A stretch of 64,000 nt of DNA from Octopus sinensis (Eukaryota), in assembly GCF_006345805.1 (NCBI RefSeq), contig NC_043000.1, forward strand, positions 138,880,001 through 138,944,000, in the 5' to 3' direction. Every line of letters starts with the position of its first letter. The first letter of the stretch is position 1. The notes under the pieces are model-generated. The model saw nothing but the letters and a program-made list of their open reading frames with translations, searched no databases and had not been told where the DNA came from. Shown here piece by piece: positions 37,871 through 52,102 of the stretch. The position numbers and the translations under genes are program-made.

Positions 37871-39984
37871 CTATGCTTAAATGATAACCATTGTGTAAGT
37901 TTTTGTCAGATGATTGGTTTTTAAAGAATTTTGCTAACTAGACAGTCTAATTACATCGTAAGATTCTCCAGTTGTATTTCAGTTAGTTTTTGTGGTTTAT
38001 GGGAGAATACATTAAACATGTGAAGGGCTTTGAGCATTTGGAGCAATTCATCAACTTAGTTATTTTAAATTCTGGTCTAAAAGACAGTTTTATCTATGTT
38101 CATCATATCCTTCACAAATTGTCTTTCATTTTAATGGCACATTTTAAATACGTTTCCCACTAAGTGCCTTTTATTAAATTTCATCGAATTGTCTTTGGCC
38201 TAATTCTAGCTTGTATACTATTTATTAGCACTTCATTGCACTTTATGTGTCACAGCAAAGATATATGAGGCACATGCCATGAATCTCTCAGAGCCTTTCT
38301 TACTGATTAATTTTTCTCCACTCCTTTCCACTTAAATTCATTTTGCACATACAGTGTACCATAGAAAACTAATTCTTCTTCATTCATTGTGGATCTTTAC
38401 TTTGCATTTTTTATCACTACTGTACATCATCATACGTGGGACACATATATATCAGGAAAGAAGCAAATTTTCTATTTCATGTTACAGGAGCCCTAAAACA
38501 TCTGAAAGTACTATTGTAGCCATCACCAACTCACACACACGTACACATACTGATGCACATGTCTATACATACATACACATATACACAACACATACTCAAT
38601 CCTCTCAATGCTTTTACATGTGAAACAATATTCTATGATTAATATGAAGTGAAAAGAGCCTCTGTTATTGATATTCAGTTTATAGTAGTAGAGTGATTAA
38701 TAAAATAAACCACAAGGCTTCACTGTCTTTAACATTATCCCTCTATTCTGAATTCATATCATACTGAACTTTACTCCATTTTTGACATCTCTGCCTCCTG
38801 TAGGTCCATAAGATAGATACTAGTTATGGACAGTTGTTGAATCAGTCAATTATACTTCCTTTCACTTAAAAATTATTAGTCTTCTATCAACGTAAGAATA
38901 ATCTTGACTTAAAATTTTTCTGATGTTGTCTTTTCCTTTCATCTTTACAGAATTGATAAAATACAAATCGTTTAAGTACTAGGGACTGATTAAATCAAAT
39001 ACACAAAATAACTCCACCAAATAAAGTATAGGCTTTCTGATATCTATGAAAGAAATCAATATTCTCAAGAAATTTATTCATTCTTTAAATGCACTTTTTC
39101 AACTTTCAGTTTCGTTGGTGTTCTGTCTAACCCATCTGGAACCTATAAAATTTTCGAAAAATATATAAAATGTTATAAAAATAATATTTCTTCACGATTA
39201 CTATGTGATTCGTATATTTTTCTTCTAGTAGTATATTTTTTAATGGGTTTCGGTTATTAGAATGTTGCCAGACTGAGATACCACATTTATGGGTTTAGTT
39301 GATTATTTTAACTCAAATACCCAGAGCTTATTTCAAATTGGTACTTATTTTATTGATACGCCTCTAATGTAAGACTATTATAATTAGAATAAGATATATT
39401 TGAATTTTAATGAGTGACAATGTTCTTTCAATGTCTTGCGAAATTGAAGTTTTATGTATGTAATTTGTAATGAGATGATCTTCATATATATTTGTAGTTA
39501 AGTTGCTGTATAAAATCATGCCTGCTTTTTATGACTACTTATTCATTCCAGTTTCTCAATGACTGTACTTGAGTAAGAAACTTCTTTATATCATGCTAGA
39601 AATTTACTATTACTGAAACAGTGAAATTTTATCTCACATACACACTTCATGTGACATAATCATCATCCTCATCACTTTTCATTCATTTTTCAATGCTTGC
39701 ATAAATTGAACAGGATTTTACCAGCATGAATTTGACACTTGTCTCAGTCATTCATTATATTTGTGAGGCTCAGCAACCTGAGATAAGATTTCATCTCTTC
39801 TGCCCAAGCCTTCCCTAGTTCTTCTCTTCCATAGTTCCTTCTACATGTATTACTTAAAATGCAAAGATGATACAATAGCATGAACAAGAAATTGAAAGTT
39901 GATAGAAGGACCAAGCTGAATGAAGATATTGTACACTATCAAAGGAATTCTGATTCAGTCAAATTTTGGAACTTGTATACTATT

Positions 39985-40436
39985 TTACTCTTTTACTCAT
40001 TTCACAGTGATTGGACTGTGGCCACCCTGGAGTACTGTCTTCAAGTGATTGTGGCCGCCCAGGAGTACTGTCTTGAAGTGATTGTGGCCACCCCGGAGTA
40101 CTGTCTTGAAGTGATTATCAAACAAATAGTGGTCGTCTTTAAGATTGGTATTTATTTTGTTTGACTTGTTTTGCCAGACTGTTAAGTCACAGGGATGTAA
40201 ACAAAAAAATGACAGTTGTCAAACAGTACAACACAATTACAAAGACACATATATACCTACATATCTACATTGGCAATGGGCTTTCACACAGTTTCTATGT
40301 ATCTAATTTACTCACAAAGCATTAGCCAGACAACTGTTATAAATGCAGACATTTAACCGATATGCTTCACAAGTGGGCTGAACTACAAACTAAATGGAAG
40401 CAAAGAGGACCTCTTAACCATACAGCTCTATCTGCA
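39985..40436 (-). mobile_element. SINE family B, old copy with an internal 33-bp triplication
   Basis: Decayed homology to family B; repeat at 40018-40116. Confidence 0.6.
40018..40116 (+). repeat. 33-bp tandem repeat, 3 copies
   Basis: gtggcc(a/g)ccc(t/a/c)ggagtactgtctt(c/g)aagtgatt at 40018, 40051 and 40084. Confidence 0.9.
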
Positions 40437-40849
40437 CTTCCAGTTCTACACAGCTGGTTTTTGTCTTGCCCACATAAACCCTGATCAAATTGACCATTGA
40501 TAACAAATATTTCTTTCTAAGAGCATGTTATGTAATATGTTCATCCATTTTTTAAAAGTTAATAGTGTATGATTTAAGGGGACTTTGCTGTTATTGTTAG
40601 CAAATTCAGTGACCAAGTAAGTGTTTTATCTTTTAGTTCATTGCAGCCATAGCTTATTAAAAGTTATACCTTTTTTTTTGTTTATTGGAGATTGGCATTT
40701 ACCGATGTATACTTCTTTATTTATGATATTAAGGTTTGATTTGAAGATTTAGTTGCTATTTCTAACAAACTGAATCATCACATGAAGTCAATTGGTTAGT
40801 GTTAAATAACACTACAGAAGAATCCTTGTGAGACTGAACATTAGTTTCA

Positions 40850-41285
40850 AATTTTGGTACAAGGCCTGCAATTTAGGGGAGGGGTTAAGTTGATTACATC
40901 GACCCCCCAGTGCTCAAATGGTACTTACTTTATGGAACCCGAAAAGGATGACAGGCAAAGTGACCTCAGTGGAGTTTGAACTCAGAACATAAAGATGGAT
41001 GAAATACCTATTTCTTTATTACCCACAGGGGGCTAAACATAGAGGGGACAAACAAGGACAGACATAAGTATTAAGTCGATTACATCGACCCCAGTGCGTA
41101 ACTGGTACTTAATTTATCGACCCCGAAAGGATGAAAGGCAAAGTCGACCTCGGCGGAATTTGAACTCAGAACGTAGCGACAGACGAAATACCGCTATGCA
41201 TTTTGCCTGGCGTGCTAACGATTCTGCCAACTCACCACTAAGCATTTTGCCTGGAATGCTAACAATTTTGCCTGCTTACCACCTT
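40850..41285 (-). mobile_element. Two adjacent SINE family A copies (40850-41005 and 41006-41285)
   Basis: Two consecutive central segments in the same orientation. Confidence 0.8.
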
Positions 41286-42160
41286 TATAATAAAATATTA
41301 AAATAATGATCTTGTCAGTCATGTACTGAGACAAAATTTTTTTCTAATGATTCATGATCTTGTATTCCAATCTACCATTTATTTGAAAGACTTTTTTTTA
41401 TTTGTATTTAAAAAATATATTTCTTTTTCTCCAGATTTTCCACATTATTTTTATTAAATTTCTTGAACCATCACTCTTCCATTATTTAATTTTCTGAATA
41501 TAATATCATGATATATAATGATGAAATATTTTTAAGATTTAAAAACATTTAATAGTGGTCTGTTTGTATATGATTAACTAAAATATTCACTGCTTCAACT
41601 TTCCAAAATCAATTATTTTCAAAGTACTGATTATATTCATATCATGTCATTGGGAATTTCTTTAAATGATAATTTATTGTGGTGATATGATAACAAATCC
41701 ATAATTCTGATGACCAATAAATCTTGTAATTCTGTTATTCAATCATTTGAAAAACATTTATTCATTTTGCCCAAGAACTTAGTTACAACATTAAGAATTT
41801 TGTTTAACACCAAACACTAATGTTCAAGCTATGTGACCAACACTAATTAACTTGGAAAAAACAGCAATTAAAAAATATTGACATGGATTTATGCTTTATT
41901 TTATTTTCATCATTATAGCTATTTGATTCTTTTACATATATGAGTGAACATGCTATGTGTGTGTGCGTGCATGCTCATGGGCACATGTGTGTAATGTGTG
42001 GGTAGAGGAAGAGATAAAATTACTTCTTTTATATGTGGCTGTGACCAGAGAACCATTTGGTAAATTCATAAGTATTTCGTTTTTGGATTTGGTTTGCAAC
42101 AGTCTTTATATGAGTTCGTGTGTTGAAGCATATTCTGTTGTGTCTGGAGAGAGTCATTTT

Positions 42161-42469
42161 CTTTTTGTGCCTTATAATTTGACACACTCACCGGTAAAAT
42201 TTCCACTTATTTCCTATTTTTATTTCCCTAAAATTTTCATTGCATCTTGCAACCGTTTCAATAGTCTTGACACTGTCCATTATTTACTCTGTGTTCCTTT
42301 TTGTTTGTTTGTGTGCATGTGTGTGGGTCAGTGTGTAGCAGTGTAAATAACAGATAGAGTCAAGATTATTGAAAAGGTTGCAAGATGCAACGAAAATTTC
42401 AGAAAAATGAAAATAAGAAATAAGTGGAAATTTTACCGGCGGGTGTGTTAATTTATAAGGAACAAAAAG
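42161..42469. repeat. Inverted repeat, ~110-bp arms, ~87-bp spacer
   Basis: 42161-42271 versus 42359-42469. Confidence 0.8.
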
Positions 42470-43304
42470 TTCATAAGTATTTAATCAAAATGTGAATGTT
42501 TGGTGGTTTAGAAAAATTTCACTGACATCCATCGTTTACCTAGTTTCAGTTAGTTGTCATTATTAATATGTAATGATGTTCTAATTTGTGAAATGTATTT
42601 GAAGTTCTGATAATGCTCCTCATTCAAACAAACAAAGAAATATTTGACTTGTTATTTTTAATCAGCAGAGTTTTGTATGAAGACAGGCTACAGAACTCCC
42701 CTTTGACTGGAAATGACAGGCAGTTGTTTTGCAATGTACAAAAATTATTGCAAAACAAACTGCAGGGTGGGCAAGATTTATAAAACTGATATTAGATATT
42801 TTTCTCTTCAACCAAACCCTCAACTTCTCTATGTTCCATTTGGTGAAGAAGATGAAAATTGAGAGGAGGGTACTGGCTGTGAATATGCTAAGTGGGGAAT
42901 GGGAGCAATGAGAATGACCCAGATGAATGATATTACATTCAGCATGCACCTGTAGGCCAGAGGTCATAGCTAGGATGAGGTATTTGCCCTTGATAGTTAA
43001 GATACCTAGTTCTTCAATGGCTAATCATGGGACCCTTCCCCAAAAAGTCCTCTGGCGTTCACATCTATTGGAGATGTCGCATTTGCTTCCTTTTGCATAA
43101 TGTTGTTTTACAGGTCCAGATATTTCATAAGCAATTCTGCTTAAACCCCATCCATTGCAAATAGGTTTCACTTGTAATGATCTCTCATCTGTTCCTTTAT
43201 GGAAAAAATATATAAAAATTCTTCTTCTTATCTCTGCAATTATTTACTCCATCAGTATTGGCACATAAAAAGGCTGGGATCAGTTCATTTTATAATTCAA
43301 CTAT

Positions 43305-43545
43305 ACATCATCATCATCATCATTTAGCGTCCGTTTTCCATGCTAGCATGGGTTGGATGGTTCAACAGGGGTCTGTGAAGCCAGAAGGCTGCATCAGGCC
43401 CAGTCTGATCTGGCAGTGTTTCTACGGCTGGATGCCCTTCCTAACGCCAACCACTCCGTGAGTGTAGTGGGTGCTTTTTACGTGCCACCCACACAGGTGC
43501 CAGATGGAGCTGGCAAACGGCCACGGACGGATGGTGCTTTTTATG
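43305..43545 (-). mobile_element. RTE 3'-UTR-derived repeat
   Basis: (cat)n ttagcgtccgttttccatgctagcatgg..., the same family as 28585. Confidence 0.75.
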
Positions 43546-44409
43546 TGTTAATAAAATAAGCACTAGTATACCAGTTATATACTGGGGTTGTACAACATAT
43601 ACATGAACATATTACATTTTATATAATATTTCAAACATAATAATTCTTTAAAGAATACGTTGTAACCCAAGTTCTTTTGCAGTGATGAATCTGTACTTAC
43701 TAATGTTTCACTAATGTTTATTTTTCTTTACATTCTTGTAACGTAGTGGTTTGGCAAAAAGTGATTGATAGAATAAGAACCAGACTTAAAATAAATGCTG
43801 GGATCAATTTGATTTACTAAAACCTTGAAGGAGGTGTCCCAGAATGCTATAGGTACTAGGTCACCCATTTGGGATAAGTGCATGTTATATCAATTGTTTA
43901 TAGCTCAGAAGTTCACTGGTCCTTATTTTAACGATCTCTGAAGGATGACAAGCAAAGTGAATCTGGTATGATTTGAACTAAGAACATACAGATAACAAAA
44001 TGCAGTAAGTCCTTCCTTGGAAAATATAACAATATCCTAGACATGGCTGAAATAATAAACTGTTTATTGTAGGTTTGATGATAAATCTAAGGAAAGGGAA
44101 AGAGTATTGAAATGTTTTAACTATGGAATGTAATATTTAAATGCTTTAACATTGGCATCAACAACAACTGTAACAGGTGCCAAAACAAAAAGATAGTGAA
44201 AATATGAATATTCATTATAGTAGTAATAAGAACCACAACAGTCGCAGAAATAACTGGACAAAATGATCTTGATAAATACTGTAATTCCAGACAAGTAAAA
44301 GTGTAAGGGTCACACAAATTTAAATGAGATGGCAAGCATCTTTGTAAATCCCATCAAAACATGGATAAAGAGTAAACTATTCCAAAATCCTGTTATGACA
44401 GTGTACTGC

Positions 44410-44800
44410 ACTGGACGTTATCAAAGAAGCTTGAGAGGCGGTTGGATGGAACCTACACTCGCCTCCTTATGAGAGCTCAAAATCTCTCGTGGAAGCGTCA
44501 TCCAACCAAAATGCAAATATATGGGAAACTACCACCTGTGTCATCTCTTGTGAAGGGTAGGAGAGTCCAGTTTGCTGGACATTGTTGTAGAGCTGAAAAA
44601 GAGGTAATTTCTACTCTTCTCCTCTGGAAGCCATCTACTCGCAATACTAGAGGGCGCACACTCTCCTACCCTGATGTAATCTCCAGGGATACAGGCATCC
44701 AGCAACAGGACCTCCGTAATGCCATGATGGACCGTGAAGTCTGGCGTAGCATGGTAAATTCCATTGTCTCGACAACGGTCGAACAATGATGATGATGATG
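44410..44800 (+). mobile_element. RTE-clade LINE, 5'-truncated 3' end with an uninterrupted ORF2 terminus and (TGA)n tail
   Basis: WTLSKKLERRLDGTYTRLLMRAQNLSW...RRVQFAGHCCR...AMMDREVWR, with the stop followed directly by gatgatgatgatga. Confidence 0.85.
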
Positions 44801-45865
44801 ACACTGCTTTGACTGAATTGCCTAGTTTGAACATCTGATGTGAACAGAATGATGAAACCAGTCCTCTGGTATTTAGTCAGTATCTGTAGATCTCCTATTC
44901 AGTATATGTTGTTCTATCTTTTTATCTCAGTATTTATTAGTTCCATCCCTTTTCTTTGTGAGCAGTACAATAATGTATTGATACTATTATAATGAATATA
45001 AATATTTTAAAATTGGGTAAATATGGAGGCTTGTATTTTTATATAGAATTCATATCAGCATATTACTGATGTATTAATGATCAGGTTTATGCTTTCACAT
45101 CACACATGGATGGCTGCATATATGTAAATTTTCGAAGTATACACATCAGTACATGCTTAGATATAACATACAAGCACACTCATCATAAACCCGGTCACAC
45201 TTAAACGCACATGTATTTATACCTGTCGATAGATATGCATGTGTACACATTTAGAGACCCAAGTGCACATTATTCACACAGTTGAATAACAATGCACACA
45301 CACACACACTCTTTCATATATGCTTTAATATGTCTAGCTTATACTTACAACATAGAAGCACATATATACATATTTATTCTGAAGCACCAATATGTTCATT
45401 CAGTTACACACTGACATCTACACTGGATTTATAGCTCTGTTGAAGCAAAACAGTAGACAGTCTGAAAGAATAAATAATGTATCAGAGTATTTGATATTAC
45501 AGATTAATTGCTAAGCTTTCTAAATAAAAGCTTTCCACACAACATAATGGAGAATTTTCCAGGTGTTCTTTCTACCAAGTTCTGTATTCGTTTGCAATGA
45601 GTAAATAAATAAAATGAAATGTAAATGAATAAAAAAAAAAAAAATAGCCAAACAAACATTCTAGTGAGACCAGATATTTTTCTTAATTATTATGTTGCTT
45701 TTTTTTTATGTTGGTTGTTGGGGCATTAATATTTTCATCATCTCTGTATTTGCTGAAAGAAGGTAGCCAGGTTAGATCTGATGAAATTTATTAAAATTTC
45801 AACCACTATTAATTTATTGACACAAACAAAAGAATGAAGAGTGGTCTGATTGTTACAAATATTCT

Positions 45866-45978
45866 TTTCTACTCGAGGCACAAGGCCCGAAATTTTGGTT
45901 GAGGTTGGGGCCAGTCGATTAGATCGACCCCAGTATGCAGCTGGTACTTAATTTATCAACCCCGAAAGGATGAAAGGG
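45866..45978 (-). mobile_element. SINE family A fragment
   Basis: gatcgaccccagtatgcagctggtacttaatttatcaaccccgaaaggatgaaagg. Confidence 0.7.
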
Positions 45979-46013
45979 ATTGTTACAAATAATATTGCTT
46001 AGGTTGAACAATA

Positions 46014-46231
46014 CAAGGGAGTGCAGAAAAGTTCCTGGCTTAGGATATAAGAAAATACAGGAGGATCAGTTAATTATGATTTTATTCAACATAATCCACT
46101 CTCAGATCCACACACTTATTGTAGCAATCCTTCACATTTTTTAAGCCCTGTAAAAGAACTTGGAAGTTTGGGCCTTCAACCAGACCTTTCATGATACCTC
46201 TTAAATCCAGAAACTTTCCAGCACTACCTCG
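46014..46231. mobile_element. Tc1/mariner-type MITE
   Basis: Imperfect ~29-bp terminal inverted repeats (caagggagtgcagaaaagttcctggc / tccagaaactttccagcactacctcg), with TA immediately outside both ends. Confidence 0.7.
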
Positions 46232-46384
46232 TATGTCTGAGTAATAATAGCATCACTGTTATTATCGTTAGTTTCGTGTCCACTTCTTTATGTTGCTATA
46301 TATTTCACTGATGTGGAAGGCAACATTTTCCATATGCATTAACTGAGCCATTTCACTTTTCTGAATTAATCTGATATATTTTAG

Positions 46385-46660
46385 AATAATAATAATGAAA
46401 TTATTGTACATAGTGCTCAGGTGCATCACAACTTGTCAAAAGTGCATATAAAGCATATGCAATAATGTACAAATGTCTTGGAAGTGAACAGTGTATGAGT
46501 CAGATACATGCTTGCATGTGCAAGGACGGTAGAAAATTAGGTGCAGTGTTGGCAAATCTCAGGAAGCATGGAAGTTTTGAAGGATGCAGTGCTCTGACAA
46601 CTAACAACTGATGCTGGCAGTTTGTTCCATACTTCAGCAAGTCTTAGCATGAAAAAATAT
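46385..46660 (-). mobile_element. CR1/L2-type LINE 3' end, second copy
   Basis: Reverse-complement homolog of 7640-7900. Confidence 0.7.
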
Positions 46661-47119
46661 TTCCGAAAGTCATGGGAGCTGTGCTGTTTTCTGACTTTGT
46701 AAGCATGATCTACATACAGCTAATTCTCTATTAATGTGTTTAGATTTTTCACTTTTTATTCACATGTTCAACACAATTTCTTTATGGATTAACTTTTGAA
46801 ATTTGGTTTCTATTGTTGGCTGTATATCTTAGTAAAGCTATTACAAGATTGTTCTTGTTTCTGATGGACAAATATGTTGAATGTTTGATACAGAATTCAT
46901 GTTTTGCCAGGGAGCATCTGAGACCTTGCAGGAGAATAGCTCTATGGTCCGATGGGTCCTTGATTACAAATACTTCAAGATCATGAGCTACAGCACTTAG
47001 CTGCTCACAGTTCCCTTAGTATACCTATGTACAGCAGGAGTAAATTTCATTTTATTTTTCTCTCTAGTTTCAGCTCTGAGCTGCGGCCATGCTGATGCAC
47101 TGCCATTTAATATAAATGC

Positions 47120-47365
47120 ACCCTTTTAAAGCCTAGCCTGGCTCATGGGCCCAGTTTCCCAGTTTCTATGGCGTATGTGTTCCGCAGCTGGATGGGATGG
47201 CAGTCTATTGCAGAGTTACTCATTTTTGCCAGCTGAGTGGACTGGAGCAACGTGAAATGAAGTGTTTTGCTCAAGAATTCAATGTATCGCCCGGTCCAGG
47301 AATCGAAACTACAATCTTACAATCATGGTGCTGATACCCTAACCACTAAGCCACGTGCCTCCACT
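47120..47365 (-). mobile_element. SINE with a family C-like head and tail but a different middle
   Basis: ggaggcacgtggcttagtggttaggg head; tail matches 2770-2825. Confidence 0.7.
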
Positions 47366-48142
47366 TATGCTTCACTGCCTGAAATTTCTCAATGGCTTCT
47401 GTGATCTCAATGTTTCTACTGAAATGGCTTTGTGCATGTGTGTGGCTTTTTACATGAGTTTAATTGTGGACATATATATATGTGTATTTGTGTGCTTATA
47501 TGTGTTTGCGTGGTGTGTGGTGTGGGGTGTGTGTGATGTGGAATGTGCATGCACATGTGTGTGTATGCATGTGTGTGCGTGAGTGTTTAAATGAACACGT
47601 CAGTATAGGCATGACTGAATTCTTAAGAATTTTGCCTTGCAATCATGAGGTGTAGCCTTGGCTGAACTCAAACGTACCAGGCAAAATTGGATAGACATAA
47701 ACTGCACGGATGCCTGTCAATTAGAATGTATCAGAAATTCGAAGACCCAGTTTTGTAACACCAATTCTACTTGGACATGTTTGTGGAATACACTGCTAAT
47801 TATAAGTTTATTAAGTGATTTGATTTAAGTGTAAAATCTGATTAAAGAGTGAGAATACTTATCAACAAAACTGGTAGAGAATCCATTTACTTCACATTAA
47901 ACGAATGTCCAATAAGAGCACCACCTTTGGTCGAGCAAATCGCAGTGGGACTGAACCCGGAACCATGTAGTTCATAAGCAAGCTACTTACCATGCAGCAA
48001 CACTCACACCTTATATGCTAATTATTATTTTTGTATTGTTATATTTTTATACAGTTACATTTCAACATTTCAAGCTTTGTTGTGATATTCAAATTTGGCT
48101 TCAAATGGTTTGCAAATACAGAAATAATTCTCCATAACATAA

Positions 48143-48553
48143 AAGGTGTGGGTGTTGCTGCGTGGTAAGTAGCTTGCTTACGAACTACATGGTTCCGGGT
48201 TCAGTCCCACTGCGTGGCACCTTGGGCGAGTGTCTTCTAATATAGCTTCAGGCTGACCAAAGCCTTGTGAGTGGATTTGGTAGACAGAAACTGAAAGAAG
48301 CCCGTCATATATATGCATGTATGTGTGTGTATATGGTTGTGTGTCTGTGTTTGTCCCACCCCCCAACATCGCTTGACAACTGATGCTGATGTGCTTACGT
48401 CCGCGTCACTTAGCAGTTTGGCAACAGAGACCGATAGAATAAGTACTAGGCTTACAAAGAATAAGTCCTGGGGTCGATTTGCTCGACCAAAGGTGGTGCT
48501 CCAGCATGGCCACAGTCACATGACTGAAACAAATAAAAGAGAGTAAAAGAGAT
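48143..48553 (+). mobile_element. SINE family B, full length
   Basis: Head and tail match family B. Confidence 0.9.
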
Positions 48554-50304
48554 AACTGTGTTTGGCTTTGTACAAATATTGTTTGGATAAGATTTTCTTA
48601 AAACATTTTCTGATATTTTAATAATCAGCACATATCGGAATCAAGTTTCACTAACATTACAGATTCATTTAAGCTGTTCAGATATGAAATAAAGAGAGCA
48701 AAATGGAAAAGAAAATACCATTTTTTTACACTTTAGTATTTGATCATAGATTAAAATACTTCTACTAGCAGAACTGTACCACACTTTCATAGGTATCTGC
48801 TCTATTTAATGTCATGAATTAGCATTTGGAAGTACCCTGGTATAAAATAATTATTTTATAGGAATATAATTAACTCAAAATTTATTAACTCTTTGGTTTT
48901 ATGGCCTGTTATTCAGTAATTGTACCTTCATTGTATAAATATTATTCAAAATGTGTATAATCTTCATTGCATATTAACAGGGTTATAAAATCAATGTAAA
49001 ATATAAAAATAACTAAATGCTACTTATTGTAACAACAGCATCATTAAATTGGAGAGCATTTAATGTGTTGTTTTGTCCTGTCTCAAATGTACTTTTACTT
49101 CAACATAAAGGCTGTTCCCTTTACAGTGTAATTTAAGCTTGTATCCCTATAATGATTAACACTTTTAGAGAATATAATGACACATTTTCAATTCTAAAAC
49201 CTTTTATATCGATGAGATACTTTCACTATTGATTTGGAGTTGTTAGCAAGTTGTTGTGATAGGAACAATGCTTATAATGTCAATGGTTTTAATATGTATA
49301 CACAAACACAATACACACATACACACACATACATATGTATATATATATACATATATTTACACTCACAGGGACACACATATGTTCTTGATGATAGTGTCGA
49401 GTGAACTACTTAGCAACAATATTATAGAAGGTTATCTGAATTTACTATTCATGTTTATGGGTTAACATTCATATTTATTTACACTGTACAGTTGCCTTCA
49501 AATATTATTATTACAATGGTAGTGTGGTGGATCAACAGAAAAGGCTGAGTGTTGAATAAAGCCACTTGCAGGATTTGCTTACGACTCTCTGTGTCATCAT
49601 TTCAATTTCAGCTAATGTCAACTTTGCTTTTAATTGCTCTGCTTGACCACTAAATTAAGAACAAGTGAGGTCATTCTGATCTGCTGAAACCCCACTATCT
49701 AAATGTGAGGTCTTGTGTCCATTTTAGAAAGCAAATATTATGATAAACATCAATTCCACGGTCAGCAACATTACTATATGATCCATTATTTCACTTTACA
49801 CAAGTATCAACCTTACAATTTATGGATTTTGCTTCCAAATATCCTCACTGTCATTAACACACCTAAAATCTCCATACCATTTACACATTCACACCACAAT
49901 CATCTCTGTTTAACATAGCATTGTCATGCCATCAATGAAAATATGATCACCAGAAATTGCAGTTAATCTCCTTTAATGACACACTGCCATTTCTAATAAA
50001 GGGTACATTAGATAATATAGTCAGCAATACACTTTGTCTAAAAGTTTTATAGTTGGAATACTATTGAATGCATGTCTATTTCATCAGGATTGACCAAGAG
50101 CTAAGCAATATGATGACACGATGACTGTAATAATCAATGGGAATAATGTATCCTGGATTTTCTTTGATGGTATATATAATTCCCTTCTATGTTATAAATA
50201 AACAAACGAATTCTTGGGACAGTGACAAAGTCTCTATGATATAGCTTGATTTATCAAATATAGTAGTTAAATCTCTCTCAAATCAAACCAGTCAAATGAC
50301 TCTG

Positions 50305-50606
50305 TAGAGGCACATGGCCTAGTGGTTAGAGCAGTGGACTTGTGGTCAAGGGATTGCAGGTTCGAATCTCGAACCGGGCGATGTGTGTGTTTATGAGTGA
50401 AACACCTAAGCTCCACGTGGCTCCGGCGGAAGGAAATGGCGAACTTCTGCTGACTCTTTTGCCACAACTTTCTCTCACTCTTTCCTCCTGGATCTTGCAG
50501 CTCACCTGCGACAGACCGGCGTCCTGTCCAGGTGGGGAATATATATGCCAAAGGAAACCAGGAAACTGGCCCTTATGAGCCAGGATAGGCTCGAGAAGGA
50601 ACAAGC
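50305..50606 (+). mobile_element. SINE family C
   Basis: gaggcacatggcctagtggttagagcagtggac...ggttcgaatctc. Confidence 0.85.
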
Positions 50607-51282
50607 CAAATGACTCTCAAATCAAATACAAACACATTAAACAACATAGTCCTAGATGCAGAATATCTGTAGAGAGTAGAGAATGGGTATTCCTGATAGA
50701 AAAGCTTATGATTATTGATCTGCTTCAAAAGGATGAAATAAGAGAATATTCCATCTCTGTAACTGAAACATTAAGAGATCAAATTTCTAAACACCTACCT
50801 TCTTTGTAACACATTTTATGACGACTTACTGGAGCAGCTGAAGTGATTTAAGATAGGAAATCAAAAATAAAGACTATAGATAAATTTTGCTGGGTTTAGG
50901 TGTTTTCTGTCAGTTAATTTGTTTCAATAAATTTGTTTTGTGGTAAGAGTATTCCATCATTTAGAGAAATACCCAAAATTTGGCTCTCAGATGAAACAAC
51001 TCGAAACAAAACTTAAAGCTGCCACAAATATTGACACATTCTCTTGGTCTCCTCACAACTAATGAAAGGTTCTTTTCACCCAAAATATCAGTAAACGATT
51101 CAATCTTTGTTATAGTTTCTAAAATGTTTTCTTTAACAAAATTCCTATGGTCTGATATTTTTCTTTTCTTGTATAAAATGTGAAATCCATCATCTCTTTA
51201 ACTGAATTTACATTAGTACACTTCAGCTCCTTTATCGTGTTTTGTTATTTAATGGTAACATCATTCCTACTATTTATACTGT

Positions 51283-51653
51283 ATTCTTTTATTCTTTTAC
51301 TTGTTTCAGTCATCTGACTGAACAAACTGACCCCCCAAGACTTGTTCTTTATAAGCTTAGTATTTATTCTATTGCTCACTTTTGTCAAACTGCTAAGTTA
51401 CTAGGGATGTAAACATAACAACATCAGTCGTCAAACAATGGTGGGGGACAAACAGAGACACACAAATATATATATATATATATATATAAACATACACACA
51501 CACATGATGGGCTTCTCTCGGTTTCTGTCAGCCAAATCCGCTCACAAGACTTTGGTTGGCCTGAGGCCACAGTAGAAGACACTTGCCTAAGGTGTCATGC
51601 AGTGGGACTGAACCCGGAGTCAAGTGGTTGGGAAACAAACTTCTTACCACACA
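51283..51653 (-). mobile_element. SINE family B
   Basis: Head and tail match family B, diverged. Confidence 0.8.
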
Positions 51654-52102
51654 TGTTATAATAAGAATTATATATTATATATAATTCTTATATATTATAT
51701 ACATGTTATAATAAAAATAATATTTAGTTGGACATAAGCAAGATCATAAAAAATTTAGCATTATGTAAAACAATTTTATGGTTGATTGGGATTGTGAAGT
51801 CTTTTTACTCTTGTTTCCTCAAAGACTACTTCATCTTTTCTGTTTTGATGCTATGGGGAAATGCATCCCCACCGTGCAAGAAAAGATTCTTTGAAGTTGG
51901 TGGTGATAGGAAGGATATCCAACCAGAGAAACCAAGCCAAACGTCACATACGAGCATCAGTTTACTACGGGACCAGTGGTTCCCAATAAGAAAAAACTGG
52001 AACGATAAAAATAATAACAACAACAACAACAACAATAATAATAATAATGATTACATCAAAAAATACCTTAGGAATGAGAACCCAGGTTCGAAATTTCCCC
52101 AA

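Noticed and set aside
40018-40116. 33-bp repeats as a CRISPR array
   Set aside because: The units are contiguous with no spacers, lie inside a SINE, and the DNA is eukaryotic with no cas genes.
46780-47020. ~78-codon open minus frame (AHDLEVFVIKDPSDHRAILLQG...)
   Set aside because: Weak acceptor and donor and no recognisable homology, so it cannot be supported without a search.
47915-48000. Short SINE B piece joining tail and head directly
   Set aside because: An ordinary internal deletion of a SINE copy.
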